From IMG/VR virus record IMGVR_UViG_3300024255_000001: DNA of 64,000 nucleotides. The stretch is one strand, 5' to 3'. This stretch comes from a virus. The notes under the pieces are model-generated. The model was not told where the DNA came from. It made no database searches and saw only the letters and a program-made list of their open reading frames with translations. Positions 28,940 to 39,121 of the stretch are shown here, piece after piece. Position numbers and translations under genes: made by a program. Position 1 is the first letter of the stretch. The number at the start of each line of letters is the position of its first letter.

Positions 28940-31735
28940 TTATTTTACTTTTAACATGTTGCGTTGTACAACGTTCTTATTTCCATACGTGTCCTCCGCT
29001 TCCAGTTGTATAGAGTAATCACCCTGCTCCTGGAAAATGTACGTGAGCCACATATTATTATAGTATATATCATTCACATTTGGGTTACTTATATTAGTAA
29101 TCGTCCATTTCGGGTTTCTTGCGCCCGGGAACTTAGAAATGTCGGTTGATATAGTGACATGGGTAGATCTTTCAACTTCTGCCCAATTTTTAAATACTTT
29201 TAAATTATCCCATGATGGGTTATATGTTACAGCGTGAACTTCACCACTTACCTCTGAATTTACATTACCTCTAATGCTTACGCTTTCAAAATCGTATGTT
29301 TTAGAATATTCTTGCCCAGAGCATAAAATAAATTGAAATTGATCTTGTGTATCAATATCATCATCGCTGTCCATATCCTTAAAAATAGGATTGTAATTAA
29401 ATTTAGAAATAATAGGGTTTTGGCTAGCCTCTAATTCATTTGCTATTGCCTTCCATGAGTCTACATCATTTACACTAGTTGGTGTTGATGACATAACCAC
29501 ATGAGTCCCAGTTACAACCTCATTAGTTATAGGGTTTTTATGTATAATAGATAGTTGATCTCCCTGTTGAATCCAATCTATTTTAAAAGAAGAACTTAAA
29601 TCCGGTCCTACTCTCATATTGTTCCACCAGTTATGTACTGTATCTTTCCATCTAAAAGAACACTCGTCCCATTGGTATGGTCCAGTAGTCTCCGAGTAAC
29701 CAGTATCTGAGTAGATGTCAATGAATCTTCTCACCGTTGAGAATCTTACACCCTGATCTGTAGCGTCTTTTAGATAATTAGCTCTATCTAATGTTAGGTA
29801 GAAAGTAGCAATTGAATCCTCTACTTTATTTGTATTATCTTGTGGGAAATCCCAATAACCACCAGAATGATTCCAATCTAATACTTTATTATTCCATGGC
29901 GCTATATTATCTTTCTTATCAGTTTCTAACCAAGAGTAGATGCCATATAATTCAATCTCTTTTAGTTTAACATCGAATAAATCAGATTTCTTATAGTAAG
30001 ACATGTGTCCAAATAAATCATATAATCTTAACTCTACAGTATATGAACCTGTATATGGCAGATTAAGCGCTAATCTTTTATAGTCATCCTGAACTATATC
30101 GTTAGTATCTACATAATCAACTGGACCTCTATATTCTTGATGGAATCCATTAGGACCATCAATAATCCATTCAATCTCGTAAACCCATCTCTTATACCAG
30201 TTGTTCCAATTTACTTTTAGATTTGCATTCGCATCAACAGCATCATCCCATACAAATTGAGCTTCATCCCAAATATCATCCCAAGATTCAGAAGAGTCTA
30301 GAATTACAGGACATCCAATTGGTACTTTAGTCTGACCAAAATTTTGATTCCATGAGTTCATATCTCTATCATGGTAGCTATCATAAAATTTCTCGTAAAT
30401 AGCTTTTAACTCAGTTCTCTGCTCTTTAGAGACAGTATCTTCGTCTCCAATTGGCAGATTTAAGAAAGTACTATAGTTATTAGTTAAATCATTTTGATCT
30501 AGCTGTGACTTTAATACCATTGATGTATCTTCAATAAATAAGTCTCTATCTTTAGGGAATACATCAAACTTTACTCTATGTCCTTCAGAAAAGAATCCAA
30601 TTGGATTTTGAATCTTCCAGATATTTAAGTTCTTGTTAGTGAAATAGTCGCCTTCCCCTGTAATGTCTATGATTTTAGCTTCGAGGGGTAAAAAATCTCG
30701 TTGTAATCTATTCTTTAAACCGTATAATTTAATTAGGACTTCTTCTGGAGTATAATCAAATACTTCATCTACATTAGCAAAATCCCACTGATCGAATGTA
30801 CCATTAGGCTCATTTAATCTGTAGACTAGAGAGAATCTACTAGTTTTCTTCTGAGTAGCAGAAGGCAGTTTAAACTTAAGTAGTTTTCTAGTCATCTCAC
30901 CTCTTACAGATGAGTTAGGTACTGGGATTGCATGTAACTTACCGAAAGTCTTCGAGTCTTTATCTACATTAATCCAATACTCTTTTAGTGTAATCTTATC
31001 GTAACCAAAGAAGTCGATAGCATTTAGGATAGCCTTATATGTACCAACGAATGGTTTAATATTATTTAGTTCTAATAGTAACTCCTTTCTCTTTTGGTTT
31101 AGGAGTTGATAGTCTGGATGCATTTCAGAAATGTCATGCGACTTAAATATCATAAAGTCTTCGTCTTCTAAAGAAGCACCTAAGTTACCTAATAAAACTT
31201 TTAGTCTTTCATCTTCTGCTTCTACTTCACCGTAGAATTCAATCTCAGCTATTAGTGTTGTTCCGGCTTTAACTTGCAATACTCTCTTATGAATACCTTC
31301 GTTCTGTGAACAGACCGCGATATTAATCTGTAGTGCAATATTCTCATGGTCACTAACAATCTTTAGATAATCACCATCCTGTGATGTTATCGTTGAATAG
31401 TCTGCTAAGTCTAATGATTGGGATTTAAGCTCCTTTACATAGGCCTTACCACCATCCATTCTCATACCATACATAATAACGTCTTTCGACTGATCTTTTT
31501 CTAAAGCCTTCCAGCTAAAGTCAAATTGTGTTATTATACCATTTGGTGAGATTGGCTTATTGATTAAAGTTTGCCCTTCTTTTAAAACCTCTTCTAATAC
31601 AAATAGATTAACAGTTTCATACAGATTTGCAGATACTTCAGGTAGATAGACCTTACCAGTCCAAACACCTGCTGTGTTCTGTACCAACTGTAATTCAGAA
31701 GTAGTACCATTAAAGAATCTTAAATTATTCCACAT
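28940..31735 (-). CDS. Baseplate wedge protein (gp7/tail protein I-like) with PKD-like domains
   Basis: VGTYKAILNAIDFFGY motif; PKD-like GSYTVELRLYD and GDYSIQLEAED; follows gp6. Confidence 0.6.
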   Translation of the reverse strand: MWNNLRFFNGTTSELQLVQNTAGVWTGKVYLPEVSANLYETVNLFVLEEVLKEGQTLINKPISPNGIITQFDFSWKALEKDQSKDVIMYGMRMDGGKAYVKELKSQSLDLADYSTITSQDGDYLKIVSDHENIALQINIAVCSQNEGIHKRVLQVKAGTTLIAEIEFYGEVEAEDERLKVLLGNLGASLEDEDFMIFKSHDISEMHPDYQLLNQKRKELLLELNNIKPFVGTYKAILNAIDFFGYDKITLKEYWINVDKDSKTFGKLHAIPVPNSSVRGEMTRKLLKFKLPSATQKKTSRFSLVYRLNEPNGTFDQWDFANVDEVFDYTPEEVLIKLYGLKNRLQRDFLPLEAKIIDITGEGDYFTNKNLNIWKIQNPIGFFSEGHRVKFDVFPKDRDLFIEDTSMVLKSQLDQNDLTNNYSTFLNLPIGDEDTVSKEQRTELKAIYEKFYDSYHDRDMNSWNQNFGQTKVPIGCPVILDSSESWDDIWDEAQFVWDDAVDANANLKVNWNNWYKRWVYEIEWIIDGPNGFHQEYRGPVDYVDTNDIVQDDYKRLALNLPYTGSYTVELRLYDLFGHMSYYKKSDLFDVKLKEIELYGIYSWLETDKKDNIAPWNNKVLDWNHSGGYWDFPQDNTNKVEDSIATFYLTLDRANYLKDATDQGVRFSTVRRFIDIYSDTGYSETTGPYQWDECSFRWKDTVHNWWNNMRVGPDLSSSFKIDWIQQGDQLSIIHKNPITNEVVTGTHVVMSSTPTSVNDVDSWKAIANELEASQNPIISKFNYNPIFKDMDSDDDIDTQDQFQFILCSGQEYSKTYDFESVSIRGNVNSEVSGEVHAVTYNPSWDNLKVFKNWAEVERSTHVTISTDISKFPGARNPKWTITNISNPNVNDIYYNNMWLTYIFQEQGDYSIQLEAEDTYGNKNVVQRNMLKVK
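29064..29071 (-). promoter_or_regulatory. Putative late promoter GATATATA
   Basis: Within the 3' end of the wedge gene, upstream of the ATG at 28932. Confidence 0.5.
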
Positions 31736-31737
31736 AG

Positions 31738-32013
31738 TTATCTAGTTGTCTCGTCGTCTTTTTGTACTGTAAAGTTTTTATAGTTCTTTAAATATCTTAC
31801 TTGATCTAAAAGAGCTACCATATAATCGTTGATAAAGAGTAAAAACTCTCTCATCGTTTGGTTTCTTTGAATATGAGGGGAAACTTGTCTACCGATTAGA
31901 CCTCTTTGACCAGACTTATAGTCGTACTTGGTATTCTTAAGATCGTCTCTTCTGTGCTTGGCCACTTTATACAGCCTTTTACGTTTGTAAACTAATAGGT
32001 CTCTAAATAACAT
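31738..32013 (-). CDS. Small baseplate-region protein
   Basis: 91 aa, translationally coupled to the gp6-like gene. Confidence 0.6.
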   Translation of the reverse strand: MLFRDLLVYKRKRLYKVAKHRRDDLKNTKYDYKSGQRGLIGRQVSPHIQRNQTMREFLLFINDYMVALLDQVRYLKNYKNFTVQKDDETTR

Positions 32014-33842
32014 TATTTCAAGGCTTTTCTATTTCCAGCCTGTACTCTAGTGTATATTGTTCTAGGTACCGGCGTTTCATCAAAATTCACACTAAGTGCA
32101 GCTTCAGCATTAATACGGGCGTCGTCAATAATAGGGTCACCATCTCGGTCTTGCCATCCGCCTCTAAAGACAGCGACTTCTTCTTTCTCCATGATGATGT
32201 CACCCCATTCGTCTAAGCCTGCAACTGTATAAGGAATTTGGGTAGTAGCATCTACATCCACGGTCTTAACTTCCTCAATGCGCTTAAAGAAAATATATTT
32301 TTGTTTGCCGTTACCAATATCTTCTAAAACTACAGGTTCTTGTGGAACAACAGATACAGTTTTAGACTCATAGTAACCTAGACGTCTAGCTGTCTCTTCT
32401 GTTTCCGAGATGAATCTCACATTTACTGCATCAATACCATCAATTTCTTCTAGAATATACACAATATCAGATTTAGGTAATTTATCTCTTCTTGTAATAT
32501 TCAATAAGTAGTCACTTACTTTAGCTCTAACTTCGCTAAAGATTTCTTGTTTCGTATAGCCCTCAAAATATCTAATATTAATATCTAAGCTATATTTTCT
32601 AATTTGAGGTTTAACAAATACCACTTCAGTAGTAACCATTTGTTGGCCACTATCTTGAATTACTTGTGACATTTTGTCATATTCGTTTTGGTCAAAGAAC
32701 ATTTCATTCTGTGGAATAGAGAAATAGTCTTGACTTGCTAATAGTTTTCTTTTTATATCTGGTACAGCAAAAATATAGATAACATTATCATCATCTAAAT
32801 ACTGATCCGATGTGGTATTGTAAGCATCCACATACGAGAACATACCGTATCTTGATAAGAAATACTCGTAATTGTCTGGAGTTGCTAAGACGTAAGATTT
32901 GGAAGCGAGAGGTGCCATTAACTTAGTAAACTCAGTCGACTCTTTGTTTGCGCCCATTTTAGGTGAAGAAGTTACATTAACCTCTAGGTATTCATTTAAG
33001 TCAAAATCATCGCCATTAGAATCTACACCATCTGATAACCATTGAAAAATAATATCTTGACCATCGTCAATATTACCTAAAGCACCTTTATGTTTTACAT
33101 ATTCAATTTGAATATCAGATCCAGCTGGTGGAATTGCACCAAAATTACCAGTACCAAAGTAAACATCTAATCCGCCTGAAATACCTGTTTTAAGTATATA
33201 GCCTTTTTCTTCATTTAATAAGTCATACATGGACTCATGTTTAGTCCATTGCTGTCCGTTAATAGCAACTGTAACTTTTGAATGATCTGTTAACTCATTA
33301 ATTTTTATATTGTAAGATTGCATTGGCTCTCCAGTTCCAGTAAATGTTTGTTGTTCAAACTGACCTTGAATAATAGCACACTTAACTTTAAGTTTATTAG
33401 ATTTTTCCAATCTAAACTTTTCTTGTTGACTTAATATAGTGTATTTTAAACTATTTAATTCACATGATAGTTCTGATCTAGCATCAATATTTAAACCAGT
33501 ACCTGCAATCTTACCAAGATCTGCACCTACTTTCCATCTAAATTCAATCTCGCCAGTTGCAGCAAAACCTCTAGTTGCATCATGGCCAGTTAATCTTGAT
33601 AGACCATATATAGACTCTGGTTGCTGAGCAGTATAAATGTTTTGTTCTACTGTAGCATCTTCTACATAGAACATAATTAGTTCACCAAGCTCTGCCATTA
33701 CATTTACAATCTGAGCAAATGGTGAAGCCTCTGTAAATAGAGTGTTTGCACGATTATACACTCTTGCAATGTAAGTACGAGCGTCAACCTTAATTTGGTT
33801 AGCGCTGGTTCTTAGTGTACTTAAAAATTTTAATTCTGCCAT
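32013..33842 (-). CDS. Baseplate wedge subunit (T4 gp6 / baseplate J-like)
   Basis: EQNIYTAQQPESIYGLS..G, VYFGTGNFGAIPP.GS.I.IEY and ATPDNYE. Confidence 0.85.
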   Translation of the reverse strand: MAELKFLSTLRTSANQIKVDARTYIARVYNRANTLFTEASPFAQIVNVMAELGELIMFYVEDATVEQNIYTAQQPESIYGLSRLTGHDATRGFAATGEIEFRWKVGADLGKIAGTGLNIDARSELSCELNSLKYTILSQQEKFRLEKSNKLKVKCAIIQGQFEQQTFTGTGEPMQSYNIKINELTDHSKVTVAINGQQWTKHESMYDLLNEEKGYILKTGISGGLDVYFGTGNFGAIPPAGSDIQIEYVKHKGALGNIDDGQDIIFQWLSDGVDSNGDDFDLNEYLEVNVTSSPKMGANKESTEFTKLMAPLASKSYVLATPDNYEYFLSRYGMFSYVDAYNTTSDQYLDDDNVIYIFAVPDIKRKLLASQDYFSIPQNEMFFDQNEYDKMSQVIQDSGQQMVTTEVVFVKPQIRKYSLDINIRYFEGYTKQEIFSEVRAKVSDYLLNITRRDKLPKSDIVYILEEIDGIDAVNVRFISETEETARRLGYYESKTVSVVPQEPVVLEDIGNGKQKYIFFKRIEEVKTVDVDATTQIPYTVAGLDEWGDIIMEKEEVAVFRGGWQDRDGDPIIDDARINAEAALSVNFDETPVPRTIYTRVQAGNRKALK

Positions 33843-33849
33843 TAGTTAT

Positions 33850-34206
33850 TTATCTTAAATTTACTTGGATTGTGTATTCATTATTTACAGTAATGTCTAC
33901 ATAACAAATATCTCTAACTTCACCTTTAAAAAACTTAACATCTACTGACGTATCGTATTTTCTAGAAAGGGGTACGTAATTAGATAGTTGTTTTTCAATC
34001 TCGTTTCTAATTTGGAATTCATTTTGGTTTAAACTATACACCAAATCTTCTAAATTACATCCAAAATCAGGTTCACCTAATACATCATTCTTTCTAGTAA
34101 AAAGAGTATTCTCGATCTGTGTCAATAACTGCTCTATCTCACCGTTGTTTTGTACAACACTTGTTTGATAGTTAGGGTCACCTATATGTTTAATGTAAAA
34201 ATCCAT
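33850..34206 (-). CDS. Baseplate wedge / sheath initiator (gp25-like)
   Basis: IENTLFTRKNDVLGEPDFGCNL, a GPW_gp25 signature. Confidence 0.88.
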   Translation of the reverse strand: MDFYIKHIGDPNYQTSVVQNNGEIEQLLTQIENTLFTRKNDVLGEPDFGCNLEDLVYSLNQNEFQIRNEIEKQLSNYVPLSRKYDTSVDVKFFKGEVRDICYVDITVNNEYTIQVNLR

Positions 34207-34226
34207 TTATATATGTATTCGGCTCA

Positions 34227-35069
34227 TTATGAGTGGAACATCCAGTCCACGCCTTCGTCACCCTTAATTTCCTCAATAATCGACTCTAATTCGGTGTCTC
34301 CCATGTCTTTTATTGCGTCATAATCAAATTCTACATTACCAGGTAATGCAAATTTAAAGATACCAAGTTTGGCACCTAAAGACTGCTTTATTTTAGCAGA
34401 ACAATATCTAAAAAATATTTCATCTTCATAAATAGCACAATCTGGTAGAGTTTCGTATACATGTAGAATTACATCCTTCTTAGGTGTATCACCTAAGATC
34501 TTTAATTCACCAGTTAATCTTGAGTATTGAAATGAAATAGGATTTTCCAGAATCTGTCTAGACAAATCAGCTAAAGATTGATTTAATACATAGTATTGTA
34601 ATTCTTCTGCAGCTTCCGCACCTCCAGCACCTTCATACATTCCTCTAAATAACATTTTTTCTAAAGCGAAGTCTCCACCACTTTGAAATCTTGCATCTAA
34701 TCCACCTCCAGTAGAATTAAAACCAGAACCAGTATCATGGACACCAAATACAGAAAATACTGCACCTGAACCATCCGCGCTTGCATTAGGTAAATTTAAA
34801 GACCTGTGGTTTTTAAAATACGTAGAAGCAAATACTTCTGCTGGAATATGATAATAGTTCTCTCTAACAGAGTCTTCATAGTTTTTATAGAACCATTTCT
34901 TAGCTCTTTTAACTATATTAGCAATTTCTCTTTGAGGTAGGTTAACAGGAACCATACATGCACCAGTCATGTCGTCACCCAATTCTTGAAGGAATGCGTT
35001 TAAACAACTATCGCCGAATGATCTTTCGGTGCTTAAGTTAGTTTCGTTACCTGATCTTATTTCACTCAT
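34227..35069 (-). CDS. Neck protein (T4 gp13-like)
   Basis: VNLPQREI..IVKRAKKWF and RYCSAKIKQSLG..L..F.FALPGNV... Confidence 0.75.
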   Translation of the reverse strand: MSEIRSGNETNLSTERSFGDSCLNAFLQELGDDMTGACMVPVNLPQREIANIVKRAKKWFYKNYEDSVRENYYHIPAEVFASTYFKNHRSLNLPNASADGSGAVFSVFGVHDTGSGFNSTGGGLDARFQSGGDFALEKMLFRGMYEGAGGAEAAEELQYYVLNQSLADLSRQILENPISFQYSRLTGELKILGDTPKKDVILHVYETLPDCAIYEDEIFFRYCSAKIKQSLGAKLGIFKFALPGNVEFDYDAIKDMGDTELESIIEEIKGDEGVDWMFHS

Positions 35070-35070
35070 T

Positions 35071-36381
35071 TTAACTATTTATTTTTGTGCTTACCACTAT
35101 TTCAGTATCATCAAATCTAGCATGTGGACCAATACCACCCTCTCTGAAAATACCTCCAATCATTCTACCTTTGAAAATACCATCTCTTCCAAAGACAAAA
35201 CAATTTGTTAATTGACAACTACCATGTACATAAGAAGACTCAACTTTTGAATCCTTTACCTCACAACCTTTATAGAGTTGTGATCTTATTATCTGTGCAC
35301 CGCTAACAATACCACCATAAATAGCACTATTTTCGATGTTGCCTGATAGCTCGCAATCTATAAACTCAAAGCCATCTAACAAGTATGCAGTTTTAAATTT
35401 ACCACCTTTAACTTGTACCATACCGTAGTCGGAATCGTAGTTAATAATACCCTCTTCCATACCACCGTGTGCGAGTAACGCTAGAACTTTATGTTTAAAT
35501 CTGTTCCATTGTACTTCGATTACTTGCTCGTTGTCTGTTAAGTCCACTAATATATTTATCTTCTTCCAATATTTATTTACTGCTTTGTAATCTTTTAGCA
35601 TTTCCATTAGAGGTTTATTCTTCTCTAAGATACGCTTAAGTTCGATTTTATTCTCAGGAGTAAATTTAGGATTAAAACAAGATTTAAAGACAGACATGAT
35701 AAATCCATCCGCAAGATGTAGAATATCATCTGTTCTTTTCTCATAATCCTTACCACCTAAATATCTAAACTCTAAATAGTTCTTCTGTGCCTTTTCAAAG
35801 TTAATACCATAATATTTAGTATTAGCAAAAGTAAAGTTATCTGAACTAATTAGATTTTCGTTATAGTAAAAAGCTTCATGTTTAGGCATAATCCATTTAA
35901 TAGATTTTGCATAAGTAGAATCTTCTCTATTTGGGAAATACTTGTATACCCTAGCTTCATCAAACTCTAGAATAAATTTCAACACAGACATGCGTTGAAC
36001 CATATTTTTATCTACTAAATAATCAGGGTTAAATGACATATTAAGGTGGATTGAAGCTCGGTCATTTGTATAACCATTCTTTTCAATCCATCTTAACATT
36101 TTTTGAATTACAATTCTAGCATTTCTATAAGGCATAGGACCCGTTACGAGTTCAATTAAGCCTTTACCACCTGACATATCAGGTTCCATCTTAAATACAT
36201 CAGCGCTTGGCTGGAAATCAGAATGTGCTTTATCTTCTAACTTAATCTTTCTATTTACTAACTCAGATATAGATTTTTGTGTTTCCTCTAATTCTAGATT
36301 AGAATAAAACTCAAACTCAATTCCAATCTGGCTAGCGTTTAGAATAGATTGCCTATCCGAAGATATGTTTAGTTTTTGCAT
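35071..36381 (-). CDS. Putative amidoligase (COOH-NH2 ligase, glutamine-synthetase/GCS fold) with C-terminal beta-helix-like tail
   Basis: IGIEFEF, EPDMS..IELVTGPM, ASIHLNMS, KYYGINF and YLEFRYLGG. Confidence 0.8.
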   Translation of the reverse strand: MQKLNISSDRQSILNASQIGIEFEFYSNLELEETQKSISELVNRKIKLEDKAHSDFQPSADVFKMEPDMSGGKGLIELVTGPMPYRNARIVIQKMLRWIEKNGYTNDRASIHLNMSFNPDYLVDKNMVQRMSVLKFILEFDEARVYKYFPNREDSTYAKSIKWIMPKHEAFYYNENLISSDNFTFANTKYYGINFEKAQKNYLEFRYLGGKDYEKRTDDILHLADGFIMSVFKSCFNPKFTPENKIELKRILEKNKPLMEMLKDYKAVNKYWKKINILVDLTDNEQVIEVQWNRFKHKVLALLAHGGMEEGIINYDSDYGMVQVKGGKFKTAYLLDGFEFIDCELSGNIENSAIYGGIVSGAQIIRSQLYKGCEVKDSKVESSYVHGSCQLTNCFVFGRDGIFKGRMIGGIFREGGIGPHARFDDTEIVVSTKINS

Positions 36382-36407
36382 GTTAAGAGTATGATATTAC
36401 TTTTGAA

Positions 36408-36415
36408 TATATATC
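36408..36415 (-). promoter_or_regulatory. Putative late promoter GATATATA
   Basis: Intergenic, 26 nt before the amidoligase ATG. Confidence 0.7.
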
Positions 36416-36435
36416 AAACTCTGTTGGGATAGTTA

Positions 36436-37716
36436 TTAGGGTAATTTTAAAAATACCTTCATAGACGATTCATCAATTCTAGTAATTTGTACATCTAAAG
36501 AATCACCTATCATATATTCTTCAAGTTTATTATCTGGAAGCTCACTTACATGTAATAAACCAGTTACGCCCTCTTCAATATTTACAAATATACCATAATC
36601 CTTTTTAGTCTTTACTTTTGCAGCAACAATAGAGGGTATTTGGTATCTTGATGAAATATTAATCCATGGGTTAATAGCAGTCCCCTCTTTTTGAGTTAAT
36701 GTAATTTTATTATTACTAATAATATCTTTTACAAAGAAGTTAATTGGCTCTCCTGGTTTAATATCTCTATTCTTAAATCTAACTAAAGTATCTTCATTTA
36801 ATTCATTATTATGAATCATTCCAGTTAAACATTTATCAAACTCAACAAAGACCCCATATTTTGCAGTTCCTGTTACGTAACCTTCTTTAGGTTCTTGTAT
36901 ATTTTCTTTTAAGTTATTAATAGCCTGTGGAATTAAAGCTTGTAAATATTTTCTATGTGATACTACAATTGTACCTCTATCTGGAGAGAAACTAACTGGT
37001 ACTACATAAATTTCTTCACCGACGATAGAACTAAAGTCAGATAGTTTATTAATACCTGCAAGTGAACCTGGCATAAAGCAATCTATACCTTGTACGCTTA
37101 CAATATAACCACCATTCTCAATCATATTTTTAACCTTACCGATCCAGGCAGTATTACCCTCTTCGATACCAGCTCTTAGGTCCATGAACGTTTTATGTTT
37201 CACTCCACCTGTAATAGATCCAGTTAATGTACCCTTTGTTTCTGTAATTAAGACCGCTGTCTCTTCACCAGGCAACATCATTCTAACTTCTTCAGATTCT
37301 TTTGAAGCCTTTACATATACAGACTCTCTATATCCTATCTCAACAGTAATCCATTCTTGGTCTACTGCATAGATATTACCTGTATGGATTTCTCCAATAT
37401 TTAAACTTGGTTTAATTTCAGGGCTATTTTCAACTAAAATATCATATAGCTCTTGTGCATAAGGTTCTCTTGAATATACCTTATCACCATGTCTAGTCTT
37501 AATATGTGGATTTGGTTTTCTGGTTTTAGTAACACACGTAGCTTCGTATGCGTCCCATAAGAACTCGCCGCTCTCATCGTAGAACTGTGCGTGGGGATCT
37601 TGAGTTTCCTCTTTTACTTCTTTAATTTCTTCTGTGGGTCTTTGAATAGTTTCAACTAATTCAACTGTGTTTGCCTCTTGGGTTGCAGAAATTCTGCGTC
37701 TTTTTTTATCTGACAT
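36436..37716 (-). CDS. rpsA: Phage-encoded ribosomal protein bS1 (four S1 domains)
   Basis: Four OB/S1 repeats (GEIHTG..; GGYIVSVQGIDCFMPGS...IVVSHRKY; KYGVFV...TGMIH; DYGIFV...TGLLHVSEL), plus a Bacteroidota-like FLWDAYE N-terminal segment. Confidence 0.88.
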   Translation of the reverse strand: MSDKKRRRISATQEANTVELVETIQRPTEEIKEVKEETQDPHAQFYDESGEFLWDAYEATCVTKTRKPNPHIKTRHGDKVYSREPYAQELYDILVENSPEIKPSLNIGEIHTGNIYAVDQEWITVEIGYRESVYVKASKESEEVRMMLPGEETAVLITETKGTLTGSITGGVKHKTFMDLRAGIEEGNTAWIGKVKNMIENGGYIVSVQGIDCFMPGSLAGINKLSDFSSIVGEEIYVVPVSFSPDRGTIVVSHRKYLQALIPQAINNLKENIQEPKEGYVTGTAKYGVFVEFDKCLTGMIHNNELNEDTLVRFKNRDIKPGEPINFFVKDIISNNKITLTQKEGTAINPWINISSRYQIPSIVAAKVKTKKDYGIFVNIEEGVTGLLHVSELPDNKLEEYMIGDSLDVQITRIDESSMKVFLKLP

Positions 37717-37742
37717 TTATTTTAGATTAACAGTGTAACATA

Positions 37743-37769
37743 TTATATATCTACTTAAGTACGCGTTTT
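37743..37769 (-). promoter_or_regulatory. Overlapping middle (AAAAC-N17-TATAA) and late (GATATATA 37744-37751) motifs for bS1
   Basis: Both recurrent motifs lie upstream of the ATG at 37716. Confidence 0.6.
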
Positions 37770-38119
37770 ATCCATGCGTAATGTTTTCTACCACTTAGGT
37801 ATCTTAAGTTATCATCATTATCGTAAGCCTCTCTTTCAAACGAGATATTATAGTAGGCTTTTTTACCATAAAAGAATAGTTTAATAAACCACTCAGTTAC
37901 ATACCAAATATAAAATGGTATAATTAGCATCTCTTCTTGTTGTTTAATATGAATAGTCTCGTGGTTAATTATCCTAGCCGCCTGTCTTCTCCACGGTGGA
38001 GTCGAATTGTAAATCTCTCTTAAGATAACATACGGCCAAAGGGTAATACCGCCGATCCTCATAAATAGACCTATGCGGTCTAAAAATTTATCATTATATT
38101 TAATAATAGGTGTTTTCAT
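37751..38119 (-). CDS. Small zincin-like (HExxH) protein
   Basis: IINHETIHIKQQ...ISFEREAY; AATATATA variant just upstream. Confidence 0.7.
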   Translation of the reverse strand: MKTPIIKYNDKFLDRIGLFMRIGGITLWPYVILREIYNSTPPWRRQAARIINHETIHIKQQEEMLIIPFYIWYVTEWFIKLFFYGKKAYYNISFEREAYDNDDNLRYLSGRKHYAWIKRVLK

Positions 38120-38174
38120 ATAATTTATATATTCTACAAAAAAACTTTGCCATTTTAGGCAAAATAATTGCCTC

Positions 38175-38237
38175 TAGATTTTTTTATGTCAATTATTTTT
38201 CGTATATTAGTACTGTAATTAAAAACAAACAATAACT
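38175..38237 (+). promoter_or_regulatory. Putative early promoter/leader cassette, copy 1
   Basis: 37-nt core TTTTTCGTATATTAGTACTGTAATTAAAAACAAACAA (38196-38232) is identical to the inverted copy at 63620-63656; TATATTAG resembles the Bacteroidota -7 element TAnnTTTG. Confidence 0.75.
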
Positions 38238-38711
38238 ATGTATATTAAAGAACACAAAGGATTTAGCGGGGAAACAGTTTACTCAATCGAACAAAACATT
38301 GGTGGTAAAATGCACAAATTTCATACAAGCGAATATGGCTTTAAATGGGATGTGGAATATGACTATAGAGTCGTTACGAAATGTGTAGCCGGATGGATGA
38401 CTATTACTGAAGGTAAATCAACTCTTGCAGCCCTAGTTAATAGGTATAAGAAGAATGCCTTACAGACGATCGAACTTAAGTCTACTCACCCTGGGTCAGA
38501 CACTTATTTAACTGCATTGGCACTTAAAGCCAATAAGTTCGCCACAGTGGCAAACTGTATCTTGGAGAACATAACTATAGGTACTATCCATAGTAGCTTC
38601 CCAAAGATGGCGGATCATGGCCACTGGAAAAACATTGGTAGTAAGACCTGGGCGGATAACGCTTACAAATTAGAAGACTCTTTTAAAAATATAACTTTAG
38701 TAGAAGCATAA
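38238..38711 (+). CDS. Hypothetical (putative early) protein
   Basis: 157 aa directly after the early cassette, opposite to the surrounding genes. Confidence 0.75.
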   Translation: MYIKEHKGFSGETVYSIEQNIGGKMHKFHTSEYGFKWDVEYDYRVVTKCVAGWMTITEGKSTLAALVNRYKKNALQTIELKSTHPGSDTYLTALALKANKFATVANCILENITIGTIHSSFPKMADHGHWKNIGSKTWADNAYKLEDSFKNITLVEA

Positions 38712-39121
38712 TGGAACAATTTAACTATAAAGAAATCAAATGTAACGGTGTTGGTGGCTCGGGCTACCAAGCCGTTCTTAAACACAAAGATCAAATCCAA
38801 TCTATTTGTCAAGAGGTTCGAGACTTACTCGGCGATAAACTCTGGGATAAAATGATTAAGCAGGCATCTGAAGTAGATACTTACACTGAATATCATTCGG
38901 GTCGTAGATACAACAGCGTAGAAGATAATGCTTATAGATTGGTTACTGGGATTGCAAGACAAGTATCTTCTTACCTTAACAATGATTTGCTAATTGAGAT
39001 GCACGTAGGAGCCATTCTAAACAACCTAACTATTGACGAAAAGGTTTATATGGTTCTTGATGCTCTTCGCGACTGTGCGTCTGCAGACCATTGGTATACC
39101 TTCGAAAAGGACTGGGGTTAA
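38711..39121 (+). CDS. Hypothetical (putative early) protein
   Basis: 136 aa, TAATG-coupled to the previous ORF; its stop overlaps the stop of the convergent gene. Confidence 0.75.
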   Translation: MEQFNYKEIKCNGVGGSGYQAVLKHKDQIQSICQEVRDLLGDKLWDKMIKQASEVDTYTEYHSGRRYNSVEDNAYRLVTGIARQVSSYLNNDLLIEMHVGAILNNLTIDEKVYMVLDALRDCASADHWYTFEKDWG

